A stretch of 33,584 nucleotides of DNA from Candidatus Eiseniibacteriota bacterium. GTDB lineage: Bacteria > Eisenbacteria > RBG-16-71-46. Within the stretch, counting starts at the first letter, position 1. The number at the start of each line of letters is the position of its first letter. Below, one piece after another: positions 1 through 7,761 of this stretch. The translations under genes and the position numbers were made by a program. The stretch lies in assembly GCA_041483195.1 (NCBI GenBank), contig JBGPFC010000038.1:1-33584 (forward strand). Reading direction: 5' to 3'. The notes under the pieces are model-generated. The model was not told where the DNA came from, searched no databases, and saw only the letters and a program-made list of their open reading frames with translations.

Positions 1-8
1 GATCGTGC

Positions 9-1688
9 ATGTCCCCTGATTTTATTTTCACCATGAAGGATCTCGGCAAGGTGGTCCCGCCCAAGCGCGAGATCCTCAAGGGCATCTGGCTGTCGTTCTT
101 CTTCGGCGCCAAGATCGGCGTGCTGGGCGCGAACGGCGCGGGCAAGAGCTCGCTCCTGCGCGTCATGGCCGGCGAGGATCCCGATTTCGTCGGCGAGGCG
201 TTTCCGGCGAAGAACATCAAGATCGGCTTCCTGCCGCAGGAGCCGCGGCTCGATCCATCGAAGAGCGTCCTCGGGAACATCGAAGAGGGCGTCGCGGCAC
301 AGAAGGCGCTGCTCGATCGCTTCAACGCGGTCAGCGCGATGTTCGCGGAGCCGATGGACGACGACGCGATGCAGAAGCTGCTCGACGAGCAGGGCAGGCT
401 CCAGGATCAGATCGACGCGCAGAATCTGTGGGAGCTGGATCGCACGCTCGAGATCGCGATGGATGCGCTGCGCTGCCCGCCTCCGGAGGCCGATGTCACG
501 ACGATTTCCGGCGGCGAGCGGCGGCGTGTCGCGCTGTGCCGCCTGCTGCTCCAGCGACCCGATCTCCTGCTGCTCGACGAACCCACCAACCACCTCGACG
601 CGGAGTCGGTGGCGTGGCTCGAGCGATTCCTCAAGGAGTATCCGGGCACGGTGGTCGCGGTCACGCACGATCGCTACTTTCTCGACAACGTCGCGGGCTG
701 GATCCTCGAGCTCGACCGCGGCGCCGGGATTCCATGGGAAGGCAACTACACCTCGTGGCTCGAGCAGAAGCGGACGCGGCTGGCGCACGAAGAGAAGACC
801 GAGAGCGCGCGCCAGCGCACGCTCGAGCGGGAGCTCGAGTGGGTGCGGATGGCCCCACGCGCCCGGCAGGCGAAGGGCAAGGCGAGGCTCGCGGCGTACG
901 AGAAGATGCTCGCCGAGGAAGGCCGCGAGAAGCTCGAGCAGATCGAGATCTACATCCCGCCCGGTCCGCGCCTCGGAAACGTCGTGATCGAGGCCGATCG
1001 CCTGAAGAAGGGCTACGGCGACAACCTGCTCATCGACGGTCTCTCGTTCAAGCTCCCGCCGGCCGGGATCGTCGGCGTGATCGGGCCGAACGGGGCGGGC
1101 AAGACCACGCTGTTCCGCATGATCGTGGGGCAGGAGAAGCCGGACTCTGGCGCGCTGCGAATCGGCGAGACCGTGCGCATCGGCTACGTGGATCAGAGCC
1201 GCGACGCGCTCCCCCCCGACGCGAACGTCTGGGAGGCGATCAGCGACGGCAAGGACACGCTCGAGCTCGGCAGGCGCACGATGAACTCGCGATCCTACGT
1301 CGCCTCCTTCAATTTCAAGGGCGCCGATCAGCAGAAACGCGTCAAGGATCTCTCGGGCGGCGAGCGCAATCGCGTGCAGCTCGCGCGTATGCTCAAGACC
1401 GGCGCCAACGTGATGCTGCTCGACGAGCCCACCAACGATCTCGACGTCGACACCCTGCGCGCGCTGGAGGACGCGCTGCTCGATTTCGCGGGCTGCGCGG
1501 TCATCATCTCCCACGACCGCTGGTTCCTGGACCGCGTCGCCACCCACATGCTCGCGTTCGAAGACGAGGCGCAGGTGGTGTGGTTCGAGGGGAACTATGC
1601 GGACTACGAGAAGAATCGCCACGAGCGGCTCGGCGCGGACGCCGACACGCCCCACCGGCTGCGGTACAAGAAGCTGGTGCACGGATAG
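9..1688 (+). CDS. ettA: Energy-dependent translational throttle ABC-F ATPase EttA
   Basis: 559 aa; two ABC domains (GANGAGKS and GPNGAGKT Walker A, SGGERRR/SGGERNR signatures, LLLDEPTN); PtIM linker ELEWVRMAPRARQAKGKARL; typical EttA N-terminus. Confidence 0.96.
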   Translation: MSPDFIFTMKDLGKVVPPKREILKGIWLSFFFGAKIGVLGANGAGKSSLLRVMAGEDPDFVGEAFPAKNIKIGFLPQEPRLDPSKSVLGNIEEGVAAQKALLDRFNAVSAMFAEPMDDDAMQKLLDEQGRLQDQIDAQNLWELDRTLEIAMDALRCPPPEADVTTISGGERRRVALCRLLLQRPDLLLLDEPTNHLDAESVAWLERFLKEYPGTVVAVTHDRYFLDNVAGWILELDRGAGIPWEGNYTSWLEQKRTRLAHEEKTESARQRTLERELEWVRMAPRARQAKGKARLAAYEKMLAEEGREKLEQIEIYIPPGPRLGNVVIEADRLKKGYGDNLLIDGLSFKLPPAGIVGVIGPNGAGKTTLFRMIVGQEKPDSGALRIGETVRIGYVDQSRDALPPDANVWEAISDGKDTLELGRRTMNSRSYVASFNFKGADQQKRVKDLSGGERNRVQLARMLKTGANVMLLDEPTNDLDVDTLRALEDALLDFAGCAVIISHDRWFLDRVATHMLAFEDEAQVVWFEGNYADYEKNRHERLGADADTPHRLRYKKLVHG

Positions 1689-1693
1689 CCCGC

Positions 1694-2494
1694 ATGACCG
1701 CGCCCGCGCCGCGTGAACGCTGGGCGGATGCGGACGCCTACGAACGCTACATCGGGCGGTGGAGCCGCGCGGTGGCGGCCGAGTTCGTCGCCTGGCTCGC
1801 GCTGCCACCGGACCGGCACTGGGTGGACGTGGGCTGCGGCAGCGGCGCGCTCTCCGCCACCCTGCTCGCGCGCTGCGGCGCGAGGCGGGTCACGGGCATC
1901 GATTATTCGCTGGCGTACGCGGCCGGAGCCCGCCGGTCGCTCGGGGACGCGGCGGCCCGCTTCGCGGCCGGCGACGCGCGGTCCCTTCCGTTCCGCGACG
2001 CGAGCTTCGACGCGGCGGTTTCGGGCCTCGTGCTGAACTTCGTACCGCGGCCCGATGCGATGCTCGCGGAGATGGCGCGGGCGACCCGCGACGGCGGCAC
2101 CGTGGCGGCGTACGTCTGGGACTACGCGGACGGTACGCAGCTCCTTCGCCATTTCTGGGACGCGGCGGTCGCGCTGGATCCCGGAGCCCGCGATCTCGAC
2201 GAGGCCCGGCGCTTTCCGATCTGCGGTCCCGAACCGCTCGCCGCGTGTTGCCGCGCGGCCGGCCTGCGCGACATCCGGGTGCGCGCGATCGACGTGCCGA
2301 CCGTCTTCCGGGATTTCGACGACTACTGGTCGCCGTTCCTGATGGGCCAGGGCCCCGCGCCCGGCTACGTGAGCGGGCTCGACGAGGCGCGACGCACGGC
2401 GCTCCGCGACGCGATCCGCGCGCGGCTGCCCGTCGCTCCCGACGGGTCGATCGCCCTCGCCGCGCGGGCGTGGGCGGCGATGGGCCGCCGCTAG
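1694..2494 (+). CDS. Class I SAM-dependent methyltransferase
   Basis: ATG at 1694, 5 nt after the ettA stop, inside ORF 428..2494; AYERYIGRWS, motif I VDVGCGSG, GDARSLPF..FDAAVSGLVLNF. Confidence 0.88.
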   Translation: MTAPAPRERWADADAYERYIGRWSRAVAAEFVAWLALPPDRHWVDVGCGSGALSATLLARCGARRVTGIDYSLAYAAGARRSLGDAAARFAAGDARSLPFRDASFDAAVSGLVLNFVPRPDAMLAEMARATRDGGTVAAYVWDYADGTQLLRHFWDAAVALDPGARDLDEARRFPICGPEPLAACCRAAGLRDIRVRAIDVPTVFRDFDDYWSPFLMGQGPAPGYVSGLDEARRTALRDAIRARLPVAPDGSIALAARAWAAMGRR

Positions 2495-2521
2495 GGGGCC
2501 GAACCGTGCCCGCGCCCGCGT

Positions 2522-2551
2522 TTGACGGGTTTCGCGCGGGCCTCCTATCTT
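2522..2551 (+). promoter_or_regulatory. Sigma70-type promoter for ispG (probably leaderless)
   Basis: TTGACG (2522-2527), 18-nt spacer, TATCTT (2546-2551), 7 nt before the GTG at 2559; no SD. Confidence 0.6.
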
Positions 2552-2558
2552 CTTCCCC

Positions 2559-3803
2559 GTGCCTCTAGTCCACATCGAGAGTCCACGCGCCGGGCAGCGG
2601 CGCCGCAGCGTCGTCTGTACGATTGGAGACGTTCCGGTCGGCGGGACGCACCCGATCGTGGTGCAGTCCATGACCAACACCGACACCCAGGACCCCGCCG
2701 CCACCGCGGCGCAGGTGCGATTGCTCGCCGAGGCGGGCTCGGAGCTGGTGCGGGTGACGGTGAACACGCGCGAGGCGGCCGCCGCGGTGCCCGAGATGGT
2801 GCGGCGCGTGCGCGATGCCGGAGTCGGCGCGCCGATCGTCGGGGACTTCCACTACAACGGGCACCTGCTGCTCACCGAGTACACGGCGTGCGCGGCGGCG
2901 CTCGACAAGTATCGCATCAACCCGGGCAACGTCGGGGTCGGCGAGCGTCACGACGAGAATTTCCGGCGCATGATCGAAGTCGCGATCGCGCACGGCAAGC
3001 CGGTCCGGATCGGCGTCAACTGGGGCTCGCTCGATCGCGCGCTCCTCACGCGGCTGATGGACGAGAACGCGAAGCGCGCGAACCCGGTCGCGGACCGTGA
3101 GGTGGTGCTCGAGGCGATGCGCGAGAGCGCGCTGCGTTCCGCCGAGCTCGCGGAGCGCTTCGGCCTCGCGCACGATCGCATCATTCTCTCGGCGAAGGTG
3201 AGCGACGTGCGCGACCTGATCGCGGTCTACCGCGCGCTCGCATCCGCCTGCGATTATCCGCTGCACCTGGGGCTCACCGAGGCCGGGCTCGGCACCAAGG
3301 GAATCGTCGCGACCACCGCGGCGCTCGCGGTCCTGCTGGTCGAGGGGATCGGCGATACCGTCCGTACCAGCCTCACTCCGGCGCCGGGCGGCGACCGGGC
3401 CGAGGAGGTGCGCGTCTGCCAGCAGGTGCTGCAGTCACTCGGCATCCGCCACTTCACCCCGCAGGTGAGCTCGTGCCCCGGCTGCGGCCGCACCACCAGC
3501 ACCTACTTTCAGGAGCTGGCGACCGACGTCACCGCCCACATCCAGAGGCGCATGGCCGAGTGGCGCACGCGATACCCCGGCGTCGAGTCCCTGCGGGTCG
3601 CGGTGATGGGCTGCGTCGTGAACGGACCCGGCGAGAGCAAGCACGCCGACATCGGCATCTCGCTCCCCGGCACCGGTGAGAATCCGAGCGCGCCGGTGTT
3701 CGTGGACGGCAGGCTCGAGACGACGCTCAAGGGCGACGCGATCGCTGCGGACTTCGCGCGTCTGCTCGACGCGTACATCGAGCGTCGCTACGCCGCTTCC
3801 TGA
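2559..3803 (+). CDS. ispG: (E)-4-hydroxy-3-methylbut-2-enyl-diphosphate synthase
   Basis: [38 protein letters not shown], 4Fe-4S ligands CPGCGRT and [12 protein letters not shown]. Confidence 0.96.
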   Translation: MPLVHIESPRAGQRRRSVVCTIGDVPVGGTHPIVVQSMTNTDTQDPAATAAQVRLLAEAGSELVRVTVNTREAAAAVPEMVRRVRDAGVGAPIVGDFHYNGHLLLTEYTACAAALDKYRINPGNVGVGERHDENFRRMIEVAIAHGKPVRIGVNWGSLDRALLTRLMDENAKRANPVADREVVLEAMRESALRSAELAERFGLAHDRIILSAKVSDVRDLIAVYRALASACDYPLHLGLTEAGLGTKGIVATTAALAVLLVEGIGDTVRTSLTPAPGGDRAEEVRVCQQVLQSLGIRHFTPQVSSCPGCGRTTSTYFQELATDVTAHIQRRMAEWRTRYPGVESLRVAVMGCVVNGPGESKHADIGISLPGTGENPSAPVFVDGRLETTLKGDAIAADFARLLDAYIERRYAAS

Positions 3804-3818
3804 GGAGCGCCGGCCCGC

Positions 3819-4895
3819 TCAGCGGATCAGCATCACGCTGCGCGTGAACGACTGCTGGCCGACTCGCAGCGACGCGAAGTAGATCCCCGCCGGAAGGCCC
3901 GCGGCCCGCAGCGGAGCGCTGTGGTCGCCGGGCGGCAGGTCGGCGTCCACGATGCTCTGCACCAGGTGTCCGGCCAGATCGTAGAGGCGCAGCCGCACGT
4001 GCGCGCCGGCCGGAAGCGTGAAGCGCAACGTGCTCTCGATCTGGAACGGATTGGGCCACGCCCCCTGGAACGCGATCGCCGCGCCCGGCTGCGTCACGGC
4101 CGTCGAGCCCGGCGCGACGCTCGGGGGCGGCGCGAGATCGGGCGCCGCGCCCAGCAGGCCGGGGCGATAGAGCCGCACGATCGCGTCGATCCGCCCGCTC
4201 TGGCCCGGCGTGAACTCCGATGGGGACGCGTCGATGCCGTAGTCCGTATGGAGCATTCCGAGGTAATGCCCCACCTCGTGGGCCAGCGTGTGGCCCAGGT
4301 CGTCGTTCGGAACGGAACCGCCCGGCAGCGAGCCGTAATGGATCACGACGCCGTGCATCGGATCGTCCTCGGGAAACGAGAACGGGAAGGTCGACCAGCC
4401 CAGCAGGTCGCGGCCCGGCAGGCAGGTGTACACGTTGAGACGATGCGTGGGATCGATGGCGAGCGCCTGCTTCGCTCGCTTCTCGTCGCCGGTGCCCGGC
4501 AGCAGCCTGAACCACGCCCGGCTCTCGGTGCGATCGATCGACGCCAGCGAGAAACGATAACCGGTCCCGAGAAAGTCGCGGTTGAGCTCGCGAACCTGCT
4601 CGTTGATCTGGTCGATGCCGACGTCGCCGAGATCGCCGGAGTGAATGACGTGGAAGGCGATCTGGATGGTTCCGCCCGGCGAGCGCGCGCCGGCCGGGCC
4701 GCGTGCGCGCCGCAGGCTCGCGTCCATGCGCTCGAGCTCGAGGGGCGTCGGTTCGGGCGTGCCGCAGGTGCGCGCCGCGACGGCGCCCGGCGCCTGCGCC
4801 TCCGGAGCCGCGGCGCCGGCGGTCGCGGTCGCGGCGACCGCACACACCAGCAGCGCGAGCGTACCCGCGATCAGGCGATGGAAGGGCGATGACAT
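3819..4895 (-). CDS. Secreted M43 (ulilysin/pappalysin-like) zinc metallopeptidase-like protein with T9SS type-A C-terminal domain; catalytic domain internally shortened
   Basis: ATG 4895 gives a signal peptide (MSSPFHRLIAGTLALLVCAVAATATA); cysteine-switch-like RTCGT; LLGWSTFP, GVVIHYGSLPGG, HEVGHYLGMLH; tail WPNPF...LYDLAG...LPAGIYFASL. Confidence 0.8.
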   Translation of the reverse strand: MSSPFHRLIAGTLALLVCAVAATATAGAAAPEAQAPGAVAARTCGTPEPTPLELERMDASLRRARGPAGARSPGGTIQIAFHVIHSGDLGDVGIDQINEQVRELNRDFLGTGYRFSLASIDRTESRAWFRLLPGTGDEKRAKQALAIDPTHRLNVYTCLPGRDLLGWSTFPFSFPEDDPMHGVVIHYGSLPGGSVPNDDLGHTLAHEVGHYLGMLHTDYGIDASPSEFTPGQSGRIDAIVRLYRPGLLGAAPDLAPPPSVAPGSTAVTQPGAAIAFQGAWPNPFQIESTLRFTLPAGAHVRLRLYDLAGHLVQSIVDADLPPGDHSAPLRAAGLPAGIYFASLRVGQQSFTRSVMLIR

Positions 4896-5052
4896 GGCTC
4901 GACTCGATGGGTTGGCCGGAGGCCCCGCGCGGAAGCGACGGTCCGCTCCCCGCCGGGACCAAGGCCGATGCATCGATTCTGACAGAGGACGGCGGGCGCA
5001 TTCCAGCGCCAATTCGCCGGGCGGAGGGCGGCTTCCGGGGCCGATGTGGCGC

Positions 5053-7002
5053 TCAGCCCGCGGCGATCGCATCGAGCGCGCGCCGCGCGAGCGAGGTGAG
5101 CGAAGGATCCCGCGCGCCCATGATGAGCACGAGGTCGCCCTCGCGCGCCTCCCGCGCGAGCCGCGCGATCAGCCACTCGCGGCTCGGCGCGAACTCGGCT
5201 TGCGCCCCGCGGGCCGCGATGTCGGCGGCGATGTCGGCGGCGGAGAAGTCGCGCTGCGCCGTGCCTCCCGCGTAGAAGACCTCGAGCAGCCAGAGCCGGT
5301 CGTCCGGCGTGAGCGCGCCGGCGAAGGTCTCGACGAAATCGCGACGCAGGAACCGCGTGGGGCCGTATCCGTGCGGCTGGTAGACCGCGAGCACGCGCCG
5401 CGCGCGAGCGTGCGCGGCCGCTAGCGTCGCCGCGATCTTCGCCGGATTGTGGGCGAAGTCGTCGACCACCTCGACGCCGCGAGCGATTCCCACCGTCTGG
5501 AAGCGGCGCGCAACGCCGCCGAATTCCGCGAGCGGCGCCGCCATCGCATCGAGCGGAACCCCGAGTGCGCGGCAGGCGGCGATCGCGGCGAGCGCGTTCT
5601 CGACGTTGTGCCGGCCGGGCGCCGGAAGGGTGAAGCGCACGCCGTCGACCTCGAATCGGCTTCCCGCGGGGTCGAGCGCGACCGCGGTGCCCCGCACCGT
5701 CGCGCGCGGTCCGAGGCCGAACACGCTCGCCCCGTCCGCGAGCGGGACCAGGCGCTCGTCCTCCCCCACCACGAAGGCTTCGCGGGTGCGCGCGCGAAAC
5801 GTCTCGAACATCGCCGCCACCTCGCTCATCTCCTTGTGGTCGCGCTGCAGGTTGAGCACGACCCCGATCGCCGGCGAATAGCGCACCAGCGAGCCGTCGC
5901 TCTCGTCGGCTTCGACGACCAGCAGATCGGAGTCTCCGGCCCACGCGTTGCCGAGCGCGCGCTCGCCCTTGAGCAAGAGCAGCTCGCCTCCGGTGATGAT
6001 CGAAGGCCCGCGGCCCGCGCCGCGCAGGATCTCGAACGCCATCGCGGCGACCGTCGACTTGCCGCTGGTGCCGCTCACCGCGAGCGTGCGATGGATCGCG
6101 ACGAAATGGGCGAGCAGCTCGGAGCGGTGCACAATGGGGAGGTCGCGCGCGTGCGCGGCCGCCACGTCCGGGACCTGCGACTCGACGGCGGTCGAGACCA
6201 CCAGCGCTGCGCAGTCGCCGGAAAGGCCGCTGCCGTCCTGCGGGTGGATCGCGATGCCGAGCCGCTCCAGCACGGCCCGCTCCGGCGCACGCTCGCCGCG
6301 ATCGAAGGCACGGTCGCTCCCGCTCGCGCGACCCCCGCGCATCGCCTGAAACTGGGCGAGCGCGCTCATCCCGCTCCCGCCGAGTCCCGCGTAGTGAAAC
6401 CGGCCCTGGCCGAGCGGATCGGGCATCGGCGACTCTCCGCCCTCCAGCACCAGCACGCCGTCGCCTTCCCGCACGCGTTCGAACAGATCGATCACGTCCT
6501 GGTTCGCCATGCGGACGCATCCGTGCGAATCGGGGGAACCGAGCCGCGCCTCGTGATTGGTGCCGTGCACGTAGATGAAGCGCTCGAGCGAATCGAAGCC
6601 GGGCCCGCGATTCACGCCGGGCTCGAGGCCTTCGAGGGTGAGCACGCGGGTGAGGATGAGGTCATCCTCGCGCGGCTCGCCGCGCCACACCTTCCCGGTC
6701 GGCTCGCGGCTTTCGAACACCGCGCCGCGCGGCGCGCCCGCGCCGATGCGCGCGTGCACGCGATGCCAGCCGGGCGGCGTGCGCAGCGAGCCGGACGCCC
6801 CGCCGATTCCCGCGGCGGCCGTCGAAACCGGGTACTCCGCCATGACCCGCCCCCCGTCGATCCACGAGAGCCGCTGGCGCTCGACGTCCACCACCATCAT
6901 TCGATCGGGAAGCGCGCGGAATGGCGCGCGCGGGCGTCCGAGTGCGGATCGCGCGAGACCGGGCGCACGCGAGTCATGCGCGGTGCGGGGGGACGAGTCC
7001 AT
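5053..7002 (-). CDS. Fusion of YkuD-family (ElsL-like L,D-carboxypeptidase/transpeptidase) domain and MurC/Mpl-like Mur ligase
   Basis: One uninterrupted ORF; N-part TPPGWH, DLILTRVL, FIYVHGT..SHGCVRM; C-part GLGGSGMSALA, GTSGKST, VVEADESDGSL, NLQRDH, GRHNVEN, DDFAHNP; start ATG 7002 (GTG 7020 also possible). Confidence 0.85.
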   Translation of the reverse strand: MDSSPRTAHDSRAPGLARSALGRPRAPFRALPDRMMVVDVERQRLSWIDGGRVMAEYPVSTAAAGIGGASGSLRTPPGWHRVHARIGAGAPRGAVFESREPTGKVWRGEPREDDLILTRVLTLEGLEPGVNRGPGFDSLERFIYVHGTNHEARLGSPDSHGCVRMANQDVIDLFERVREGDGVLVLEGGESPMPDPLGQGRFHYAGLGGSGMSALAQFQAMRGGRASGSDRAFDRGERAPERAVLERLGIAIHPQDGSGLSGDCAALVVSTAVESQVPDVAAAHARDLPIVHRSELLAHFVAIHRTLAVSGTSGKSTVAAMAFEILRGAGRGPSIITGGELLLLKGERALGNAWAGDSDLLVVEADESDGSLVRYSPAIGVVLNLQRDHKEMSEVAAMFETFRARTREAFVVGEDERLVPLADGASVFGLGPRATVRGTAVALDPAGSRFEVDGVRFTLPAPGRHNVENALAAIAACRALGVPLDAMAAPLAEFGGVARRFQTVGIARGVEVVDDFAHNPAKIAATLAAAHARARRVLAVYQPHGYGPTRFLRRDFVETFAGALTPDDRLWLLEVFYAGGTAQRDFSAADIAADIAARGAQAEFAPSREWLIARLAREAREGDLVLIMGARDPSLTSLARRALDAIAAG

Positions 7003-7065
7003 GGCCGCGCACTCTGCCACAAGCCGGCGCGCCGCACGAGCCGCGAGCGCCCGCCGGCGCGTGAA

Positions 7066-7440
7066 TCAGCTCGCCTCGGGACCGCCGGACCAGCCGAGCG
7101 CGAGCACGAGCCATCCCGCGATGAAACACGCGCCGCCGATCGGGGTGATCGCCCCGTAGCCACGGGTACCGGTCAGCGCCAGCGCATCGAGACTCCCCGC
7201 GAACAGGAGAATGCCGGCGACGAACAGCCAGCCCGAAGCGAGCAGCGCCCGTCGCGGCCGCTGCTCGAGCGCGATCGCGATGACGATCAACGCGATCGCA
7301 TGGAACATCTGCCAGCGCACCGCGGTCTCGAGCACCGCGAGCCGGTCGGCGGGAAGCCGCGAACGGAGCGCGTGGGCGCCGAATGCGCCGGAGAGGACCG
7401 CGAGCATCGCGAACGCGGCTCCGAGCCTGGCGAAGATCAT
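7066..7440 (-). CDS. DUF423 (YgdD/TMEM256) family membrane protein
   Basis: GAFGAHAL, TAVRWQMFHAIAL, GILLFAGSL, GAITPIGG family motifs; ATG at 7440. Confidence 0.9.
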   Translation of the reverse strand: MIFARLGAAFAMLAVLSGAFGAHALRSRLPADRLAVLETAVRWQMFHAIALIVIAIALEQRPRRALLASGWLFVAGILLFAGSLDALALTGTRGYGAITPIGGACFIAGWLVLALGWSGGPEAS

Positions 7441-7474
7441 TCGCGGAGGATACGACCCACGGCCGCCCGACGCG

Positions 7475-7507
7475 AAGCCCCCGCGACTTACCACGTCACG
7501 GGGGCTC
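7475..7507 (-). terminator. GC-rich hairpin after tRNA-Asn, possible terminator or processing stem
   Basis: Minus strand GAGCCCCCGTGAC-GTGGTAA-GTCGCGGGGGCTT, 13-bp stem including G-U pairs; no real U-tract. Confidence 0.5.
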
Positions 7508-7515
7508 TCACAAGC

Positions 7516-7590
7516 TGGCTCCTCGGGTAGGATTCGAACCTACAACCCTCCGGTTAACAGCCGGATGCTCTACCATTGAGCTACCGAGGA
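7516..7590 (-). tRNA. tRNA-Asn(GTT)
   Basis: TCCTCGGTAGCTCAATGGTAGAGCATCCGGCTGTTAACCGGAGGGTTGTAGGTTCGAATCCTACCCGAGGAGCCA: cloverleaf, GTT anticodon, TTCGAAT T-loop, encoded CCA. Confidence 0.97.
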
Positions 7591-7654
7591 AAAGAGGATG
7601 GGCGCCGCGGAGTGAACCGGCGGCGGGCGATGTCATCGGCAAGACAGGCGACGC

Positions 7655-7683
7655 AGTTTAGGAGCGTGCGCCGCCTGGGTCAA
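7655..7683 (-). promoter_or_regulatory. Sigma70 promoter of tRNA-Asn
   Basis: TTGACC (7683-7678), 17-nt spacer, TAAACT (7660-7655), followed by GC-rich GCGTCGCC. Confidence 0.7.
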
Positions 7684-7761
7684 GCGAACCGCGCGCGGGC
7701 GCGCGCGATCGATGGTCCCCGCGAAGTCGTGAGGCTGCGGCCCCGAGCGTGACCGCCGTTC

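Noticed and set aside
428..1693. Long N-terminal extension of the methyltransferase ORF (688 aa)
   Set aside because: Out-of-frame overlap with ettA, Arg/Gly-rich junk typical of high GC; the real start is ATG 1694
3801..3821. Bidirectional terminator between ispG and the M43 gene
   Set aside because: Only a 5-bp stem and no U-tracts
7460..7600. tRNA-Asn as an integration site
   Set aside because: No integrase, no duplicated tRNA 3' end and no compositional shift in flanking genes
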